Shown here: positions 55,901-64,000 of the stretch, piece after piece | How positions within the stretch are numbered: position 1 is the stretch's first letter | How the letters are laid out: each line of letters opens with the position of its first letter | NCBI GenBank assembly: GCA_964247055.1 | Contig: OZ176057.1 | Location: 2,480,001-2,544,000 of the forward strand | DNA length: 64,000 bases | Source of the DNA: Paragordius varius | Taxonomy: Eukaryota; Animalia; Nematomorpha | Direction: 5' to 3' | Notes under the pieces: generated by a model | The model's input: only the letters and a program-made list of their open reading frames with translations | Told to the model about the DNA's origin: nothing | Database searches by the model: none | Translations under genes and position numbers: made by a program

Positions 55901-58900
55901 ATGTACATTGCGCTTGACTTTTGATAAAATTTATCCTTATAATTTCGATTAATTTTTCAACCAAATAATAATAAAACACAATATTTATCTGGCTTATTTA
56001 CATTATAGTTGGTCAATTGGCAACATAGTAGTGTAAGGTAAAAAATAAACAAAGTAATGTAAGATAGGAAAAAATTGTTTTAACATCTATTTGTTGTTTT
56101 CCTATACACTAAAGTGACGCCAATTGACCAGCTTTTATGTGAATTTGTAAATATTAAAATGAATACCTAAGATCATAAGCAGTTAATATTTCCAATAAAT
56201 ACTCCTGCTTTTTTACGTTCAATTTAATACATAATGTAGGATTAGCTTCATTTGGTCCAATTATTTGCAATCCTGCCCTATCTGGAAGCATTGTAGAAAG
56301 TAATATGGGCTTTTCAGCTATCAGCATAATTGCCCATGAAATAGGCCATACGTATGATAGATTTTTTTTATTTTTTTTAGGTAAAAATTTAATTTGCTGT
56401 TAACATTTTAATAATATAATTAGATTGGACAATTTCTACAATTTACAATTGGTTAAAGAATAATAGTCTGTATCGATAAGTCTTTTTTCGTGTCTAAATA
56501 TCGATATTTTGTTAAACTTAGTTAACTGCAATATATTTCATCATAAAATCTTTAATTTATATTTTGTAATATGTTAAAAAGTATGATTGCTTCACACATT
56601 TTGCCTATCTTGAAAAAAAAATTATACGTAATGTATATATTTTTTTATATACAAGGCTTGACCCATATAAAATTATATAAATTCGATCATTGGTTAAATG
56701 AACCTTTTATTTTGATATGAGATTGACATTTTTACAGCGTAAAGTATATTTCAAAAATTGGAGGCAAACAAGGTATTTTAAGTAAATTTTTTATGCATGA
56801 ATGACTAAACATGGAAATTATAAACACAAAACGTACATATCAAAAGTCTAATTAAAAATACAATTTTTTTTAATGTATATTTGGATTAAATAAGGAGGTG
56901 TTTAAACATCGCCTTAAATATACTAACATTTGTAATTATTTGGGTTATATGGAGACAATTGATATAAAAAATAAAAATTTTATTTTAAAAAAGATATTGG
57001 TTTTGCAGTTTAAATATGTTTTTATAAATTTCGTTTTTAATGAAGATTGTTTGAATAATTTTGAAACTTAAAATTGTACCGATCATCCTATGATAATTTT
57101 AATATTAAATTAACTATGACTAAAAAACTACGGCTTTAATTCACAAATTTATCACATCCATAATCTAAATAAATCTTTAAATTTAGAGTAGTTAAAATTT
57201 TTTTATATGATTCTTATTATAATATAGATTGGATTTTAGCCATGATCCTGCAATGTGCGGTTCGGGTTTCATAATGGGAGCCGTGTTAGGAAACAATGTA
57301 CGCAAATGGTCGCGATGTACAAAACGAAAACTTTTAAGCGAAATAAAGTTTATTTTTTTTTCATTTAGAAACTACAGAAAAAATGGAATATACAGACAGA
57401 CAAAACGTAAAAAATAAAAGACAACCGACCATATTTTTAAACTTGAAATGTTAAAATCTTTTTTACTTATAGTTTTTGGGTTCATAGAGATGTAAATTGG
57501 TTATACACTTAATTATAGCATAAAAATTGTAATTAAATAATTCAGGTGGAATAAATCGAGGTTTAAAAAGTATCTTAGTTTTTTAAATTAGTATAGAATT
57601 AAAAGGGAAATAAATTTATTGGAATATTTAAAACATAAACTAAATTAATATGAACTATTAATTTTTCAGAAAAAGTGGGGTATCATCACCTATAATTCGG
57701 GTCGCTATAAATTTTGATATGGAATATTTTCGTATATTAAAAATTTATAAAAGCTATTAGGTTTCCGTAAATAATTTTTATTAAATTCAGGTCTTCCGAT
57801 TTAGGAGCTTTTGAAAAGTTATTGAAGTTGGTCAGTTAACCTAATCTGAATCGAAAAGATGTCACAGTTGGTTCGGATTATATTTTGATTTATTAATTAA
57901 GCACTATTTACGGAGCATCCTTCCTAAAAATTGCACCAGACTTTGAAATAGACAATTTCAAGCTTTTAGAAAAGTTCTTCAAATGTTGACAAATAAAAAT
58001 TTTAAGTTTGATTTACTCAAAAGCCTCGAGACTTTGGGAAGATACTGATTAAGTTACCATTAGTGAACACAAATCTAAATTATACAGACAAATGCAAAAA
58101 CTAAAAGACAAACACTTTTTTTCAAAAGACAACCATACTTTTTTTTAAACTATATAATTATGAATAAAAATAATAAAAAAATGTATTTTACAGCCCTATA
58201 TCAAACTTTGCAGTTAAAAAAATGGCATATCTAATTCTTAAACCTTTAACATATCAACCTAGTTTTAATTACAGTAACGAGCACAATTACAGGCCAATTG
58301 TATTTTAAATTGCTAAAAGGTATATAAATTACATATCTATTGCTATGAAAATTTTTCTTTTATCAGCATTTAATAATTCAATTCGAATTGGGGTATCTAA
58401 GGAGCCCAGATCATTTTTAATTCGGTATTATAAAAGAACTACCGAATAGAATGATCCAATTTAAAGTTATGCTAAAATAAATTATATAAATAAGCCAAAA
58501 TATCGAAATTACAGTTTGGAAAATCAATCTCATTTCAGGACGCCTGAGTTTTTTTTATTTTTTTTTTAATAATGCGCTTTACTGTACATATTTTTTTGTG
58601 GAAAAAATGGATAGTAACCCTGCGTTTGATTGCTTGTTTAATCGAAACCCAAATACGCCGACATCTCAACTGTATAATGCTATATCATCTCCTGGATCCT
58701 TTTACACTTTAAACCAACAATGTCAATTGAGTTATGGACCAACTAGTGCATGGAATTCGCGGCAAAAACTAGAAGTTTTAATTTTTTACCTTTCTCATTA
58801 AATTAAATTTACGAAACTTCTGTTATATTTTTTACATTTCATCATAATACCCGTATAATATACATTGGTGCTAGATCATAATCCTTTTACATTTAAAATG

Positions 58901-59408
58901 GTTAAAATTTATTAATTTTTTATATCATCAACGGTTTTTACCTCGTTCATGCAAAATTTATTATTTTATTTGTCCAATTCACTATGCATGCGAAAAACCT
59001 TCATGAAACGTACATATATTTTTCCGTTAAAATATGCATGAACATTCGATTTATCAATTTTAAAACCGAGCTCTCGCAGGTTATCAAAGTCATATAAACT
59101 TAAGGAAATTTTTCTATTGGTAAAAATTTGAAAATTTACATTTAATTTTAAAAAAGAAGTTTTTCTATACTATTTATTCTTAACGCTTTAAAAAAAGTAC
59201 CAAAAATTTATATTTTTTTATCTAATAAAACCGCTATTTTTTAGAATGTTTGCCTTACACTATGGTGCCTAAACAGTGGGGGTGAGATTACTTTCCCTGC
59301 TCTTGCTGGGACATCTTGTGGCTCCGGAAAGGTTTTCAAACAATCTCGTATCTTAAAACTGAAACCATACACTTTGTTAAGGATTAATTTTAGCTAGAAG
59401 ATATATTA

Positions 59409-59440
<32 letters not shown>

Positions 59441-61739
59441 TTTTTCATTAAGGTATGCATAAATCATTTGTGTACAATCAAAAAATTGCCGACTGGAAAT
59501 TTGAAGTTCACGACGCCACAAAATGTACCCATTAACAACACTATTACTACTTTGGGTAAATTAAAGTTAGAAAAATACAGTGCGGATACCAATTTTATGG
59601 GTGGACAATCAGATACTGCGTCAAATATACCACCATTTTCCAATGGTAGCACGGAAAAAGGCACCAATATAAATGTTCTGAGGAAACCAATGAGAAATGT
59701 CATTTATGTTGAAAATATTAAACATCTCTTAGAACTTTTGTATGCAAACATGGCTGACAACAACACGGAGCTAAATGAAACTAAGGTTAACGACGAAAAT
59801 AATGGCAGTGAAAGCAAACCACTAGAAATAAATTCACCCACACCATATCAATACGTTATAAGTCAACAAAAATTGGGTAGAACTTGGAAAACTACTGGAC
59901 ATTGTCAACATAATGGCTTAACTAATGCACTACCCCTAATAAGGTAGTTTTTACTTTTTTACATTAAACTTTAATAAAAATAGAGACCACAACTTAAAAA
60001 GTGAAAAAACACTGTTTTTTTAAAATGGCAGGTAACCATGTTTTTTTCGCCCTTATTTGTTTGTATACATAACCTAATCAGCTGGGGCACATGCTGTTTT
60101 CATGAAACCATAAATAAGGACAAATAAGGAACTACTGTTCTATAACATAAGATTTCTAAATAAATAGAGGGTGATCTAACATATTCAAAACTTAGCTCGC
60201 TTCAAACCTTAATTTTATAGGATGTTATAGAATAATAAGGGTTAAAAATAGGATTATATTTGAAAATCATGTTTTTTTCGCTTTATAATTGTTCTGTATA
60301 TATCATTCTTGGTTGTGTTGTCTATAATTTATCCCATAATTTATTTTTTCTACAGAATACAGTAGCATATGGCATAAAACAATTTTAGTCCATAAAATAA
60401 AAAAATGTTTTTAAAAAAAAACAAGGGGATATTATGAATATGCGCATATACAACTAGGCTTGTTTTTTTAAACAAAACATTTTTTTATTTTTTTATGGAC
60501 TAATAATGATTTATGCCATACGCTACTGTATAAACGGGTTCTTTTGTAATGGTTTCTTATTCTTATTTTGCGGCCCTCCAATTCTTATCATAAATATAAA
60601 ACTTTTTTAAAATCATAAAGTATTGGGCTTTAGGAAATCGAATATTTTTTATGATACTTAACAAATTTTATTTTTTCCAGAATCGCTGAAAGAGGAAAAC
60701 AGATATATAAACGAATATACCTGATGTGCTCGCCCAATGTAAGTGGCCTCTTAGCTTAAATCTCTTTTTTATGAATTCGGAAAGATTATGTAAGGAATTT
60801 GTAGGTTTTAAATACTTAATGCACAAAAATGTGATTTTTAATCGAATACAAAAGTTTCAACAAATTCCAAACGCCTTTGATACTATTTTCTTGACAAAAT
60901 CAGATCATGCCCAGTGATATGGCATACCTCAGTTCTCATACATATTCTCAGGCACTTTGCACGTGGTTACGACATTCACAAAGTATTTACGCTTTAACGG
61001 GCAAATCACTGCAACCTATAGCAAGTAAAGATGATACACATTATATTTAAGTATAAATGTTTATAGATTTACCCCTTTCATAAGGACCCTTAAAATTAGA
61101 GCTATAGGACAAAAGTCATATCATAACTCTTTTATTAAAATTTTAATACTAATTTGAATTTTGGTAAAATTTAAATTCAACTATATCCAAAATTTTCGAT
61201 ACAAGATAGTATCTTTTTCAATGGATCAACTAAAAACAAAAGAAAATACAGTTTTTTTGTTTTTCATTTTAACAGTTTAGAATACCCATAAATTATAACG
61301 GTTGACTACTTTTACTCCGTGGGCCGAACGTCGGTGTTGTAAATATTTTATAGGACCCTCTAAAAACAACCCTTTAATTCCTTTCCTTAACTCAACGATA
61401 ATCCAATTTTATACATAAATCTAATTAAAGCACAATCCTTTGGACATTTCTATTCTTATGTTTTGCACTTTTTATATCCCTAATTAATTCTGTCTTATGT
61501 TTTCAGAAAGCGAGAGCTGTAAAGTATTTTGTGAGTTATCACCCAAATTCCTACCTTCGAATCAAGGGTCGCCTCCTGTAACTATAAAAGTTCCTGTAAC
61601 CGAAACAACTACAGAGAATATAACCTTATCCAATATGATTTTACCTAATGGGACACCATGTTGGTATCAAAATGATAATTCCATAAATGAAACCCATACC
61701 AATGAAGCATATTGTATCGAAGGGAAGTGTTTGAATAAG
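49970..61739 (+). CDS. ADAMTS-like M12B zinc metalloprotease (prodomain, catalytic, disintegrin-like, degenerate TSR-like, Cys-rich); first and last exons not resolved
   Basis: Exons 49970-50031 (tentative), 50942-51504, 52134-52688, 52766-52829, 54096-54265, 54417-54500, 54591-54712, 55640-55689, 56240-56351, 57228-57347, 58615-58774, 59245-59331, 59453-59943, 60681-60738, 60904-60982 (tentative), 61507-61739. Motifs: prodomain CFYEGY..VSANTC, furin site RDKR (52389-52400), VIETAVFLD, AHEIGHTLDFSHD, Met-turn FIMG..WSRC, PGSFYTLNQQCQLSYG, CLTLWC..PALAGTSCGSGKVCINHLC, CKVFC..LPNGTPC..YCIEGKC. Confidence 0.85.
51724..51886. repeat. ~50-bp inverted repeat (foldback) in an ADAMTS-like intron
   Basis: aaaaaacaaatgaatatccaaatgaaaaaaatgattagc versus gctgatcatttttttcatttggatattcatttgttttttt. 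Confidence 0.8.
52838..53123. mobile_element. MITE family B copy
   Basis: ta|cagtaaaaattgaaattatacggacaac ... tttgtctttatatttttacgttttgcccgtataatttcaatt. Begins 8 nt into the intron. Confidence 0.8.
53483..53764. mobile_element. MITE family B copy
   Basis: ttgaaattatacggacaaaacgtaaaaatataaaggcaaa ... tttgtctttatatttttacgttttgtccgtacaatttt. Confidence 0.8.
60360..60528. mobile_element. Almost fully palindromic TA-flanked MITE
   Basis: ta|cagtagcatatggcataaa..tagtccataaaataaaaaaatgtttt..aaaaaacaag ... cttgttttttt..aaaacatttttttatt..tatggacta..tttatgccatacgctactg|ta. Confidence 0.8.
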
Positions 61740-62078
61740 GTTGTATTTATTTATTTCAGGGGGTATCTAACAACACCAGAGAAGGTACCGTGGGCCGCAT
61801 TCAAAAAATATGTGGGCGCCCTAACAAATATTTCGTTAGGTTTTAAACATAAGACTGCAAAAATTACTATTTATTTTATTCATTGGCGAAATTTGGAATA
61901 ATTTGTTAAGAAAGACAATTTACTTAGATTTCATATTGTTTTAAAAAGCAAAATATGAATAAAGATGATATTAGTAACGTAATTATTTATTCATTTTACA
62001 GTCGTAATTAATAGTTTATAAGGCAAAAATTACGGTTAAAAAAGTATGATTGTCTGAAAAATTAGCCTTTATATGTAT

Positions 62079-62306
62079 ACATCAATTCAAATTCACCCTG
62101 AAATTAATTATTTGTTAAGAATATACTTATATTTTTTTATATTTCAAAAAATGTAATTTTGTTAAAATAATTAATACCGAAAATATAATAACTTTTCCCA
62201 TAAAAGTTATTTTTTTAATAATGCTGAGTTGTATAGGCTCGAAATTTCATAAATATTTTTACGATGACATTTGAAATGATCAAGGGTGAAGTTGAATTGT
62301 AAATGG
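62079..62306. mobile_element. MITE family A copy (degenerate left end)
   Basis: aattcaaattcaccctg ... caagggtgaagttgaattgtaaatgg|ta. Confidence 0.7.
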
Positions 62307-62786
62307 TACATTCGTTTTTGTCTGTATTTCAATTTAATGTCATTTCTATTTATTTTATAATATTTTATATTTAGAATAAAAATATCTACTTAAGAATTTC
62401 GCATTAGCTTGTTTTAAACAACCAGAATGGTTTAATAAATTAGTTAATTTTCCAGATTTTTTAGTCATCATTGGTTCAATGTTGATCTAGTTGGATTTAC
62501 ACTCTATTATGCATATAAAATATGCAGGCCTCGTAATGAAGAGTTAAGTGAAAAATAAATGTTTTTAAGTTTAATAAATAGCACAATTGCTAGGAAAAAT
62601 GAATATTGTTAGTCAAAAGTTCTCGTTGAATATCTAAAAAATTTTCATATTTCATCTTGCGTTTCGCCAACAATATTGCTCTTTACTGGTTATATATTTA
62701 ATAAATATTACAAATGTATTTTCCGTAGTGTTGTGATGAAGTTTCTGCAATAAAAATTTTTTATACTTAGATGCTTTTAAATGATA

Positions 62787-63025
62787 TAGTAAAAATTGAA
62801 TTAACGAGTAATTCGTGAAAACTAAAAGACAACTATATTTTTAAACCTTTTTTTTAATTAACTCTCGTTTTGGGTTGCAAAAATAGGGAATAATGGTAAC
62901 ATACCCATAACATTAATTTTTTTATTGTGAATGGAAGTTAGTGGCTTTTGTCGGTATGGTTATCTTTTCAAAAAATATTTGTCTTTTAGTTTTACTTTCT
63001 GTCTGTATAATTTAAATTTTTACAG
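62787..63025. mobile_element. MITE family B copy (degenerate)
   Basis: agtaaaaattgaatt..aaaactaaaagacaac ... tttgtcttttagtttt..gtctgtataattt. Confidence 0.6.
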
Positions 63026-63758
63026 TTAATAAATGATATCTTAGCATATGAAATTACCCTTAAACATATTTTTATTTATATAAGGTTACAATGGACAACC
63101 ATAATATTCATGAATATTTACGCATTTTCAACAAACCCGATCTTACATTGATTGAAATAACCAAATAAATTAAATTTACTTATGAAGTCTTCAAACAATA
63201 TTTTGTTGTAACATCTGCATTTTACATATCACGTTTTATTGGAAAAGCATTTGATTTAATTTGATTCATTATAGAAATCTTAAATATTATGAAAAATATT
63301 TAGCAATATCTAGGTGAAAAAATTTAATTAATTTATCTTAACAATTGTTAAAATATGATGGATATTTTATAATAAAAATTTCATTGGTAAAAAAAAGATT
63401 TTATTTAATATTATAGTTGTTAGCCGAATCAATTCGCATTTTTACGCACATTGGGTCGAATAAAAAACATCTCGTGAAACGTGTCTGCAAAATTAAAATA
63501 TATTTATATGGGCCAAAAAACTTGTCTGATACATTTTTAAACGTTTGCTCTTTTATTTTATGGAGATACATAAAATATAGTCATATCTTGATACGCCAAG
63601 CATATTTTATTGGAAAAACAGCAAATTAATTTAATAATAACGTTTAAAATAATTTATTTCATGTCTAAATTATGTTGATTGACTATATCAAAATTAAGTA
63701 TAAAAAACACCAAACTTAATTTATCGGTACTTCATAACATGATATACCATATACAAAG

Positions 63759-63916
63759 CTAATATATAATTTGAAACCAGGCTTGACAACCATGTGATAC
63801 CCAAATACTTTTTTGTTCGCGCATAATTCCATATGACTTTCCAAATATACAAGGTTTGGAACCTGGAATCATTTGTTTCATCAATAGTAATTTGATTGAT
63901 TTTTTATTGACTGATT
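63759..63916 (-). CDS. Terminal exon of an ADEL-lectin/DUF3011-like protein (5' exons beyond the window)
   Basis: After the acceptor ttgatag the minus strand reads SVNKKSIKLLLMKQMIPGSKPCIFGKSYGIMREQKSIWVSHGCQAWFQIIY*. This fits the recalled Q..S..C..G.S[YW]G.....[IL]WV..GC.A.F signature. It is not in the ORF track. Confidence 0.6.
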
Positions 63917-64000
63917 CTATCAAATATATATAAAATTATAGATATAAATTGGGATAAAATGGTGACTTAATGTTAGAATTTAGCAGAAAGAGAACAGCTC

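Noticed and set aside
61740-61901. C-terminal extension of ORF 61497 as the protease C-terminus
   Set aside because: It runs past a donor into a GC-rich repeat (ggggtatctaac..gggccgcattcaaaa) related to 33540-33575, so it is probably a transposon remnant.

Overview
Very AT-rich, intron-rich eukaryotic (most likely invertebrate animal) genomic DNA. The organism cannot be fixed from sequence alone. By hand-splicing GT..AG exons and checking phase I reconstruct seven genes: (1) the 3' half of PDK1/PDPK1 with its PH domain (+, 929-5641); (2) a GH20 beta-hexosaminidase (+, 8787-25808, 13 exons, about 885 aa) with a ~330-aa, multi-exon insertion in the loop that is proteolytically clipped in human HexB; (3) an MBD2/3 (NuRD subunit) homolog that appears to lack the methyl-CpG-binding domain (+, 30708-33831); (4) a much-extended RNPS1 homolog (-, 36500-41151) needing a 26-nt intron; (5) an unrecognised ~212-aa secreted protein built from two copies of an 8-cysteine module (+, 43548-45416), whose domain exons are absent from the ORF track; (6) a divergent, apparently short ADAMTS-like metalloprotease (+, ~49970-61739); (7) the last exon of an ADEL/DUF3011-like lectin gene (-, 63759-63916). 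Introns and intergenic DNA are packed with several MITE families (TA-flanked, terminal inverted repeats), (TA)n microsatellites and decayed retroelement pieces. All gene models are manual and unverified by RNA data. All homology calls are from recalled motifs, not database searches.
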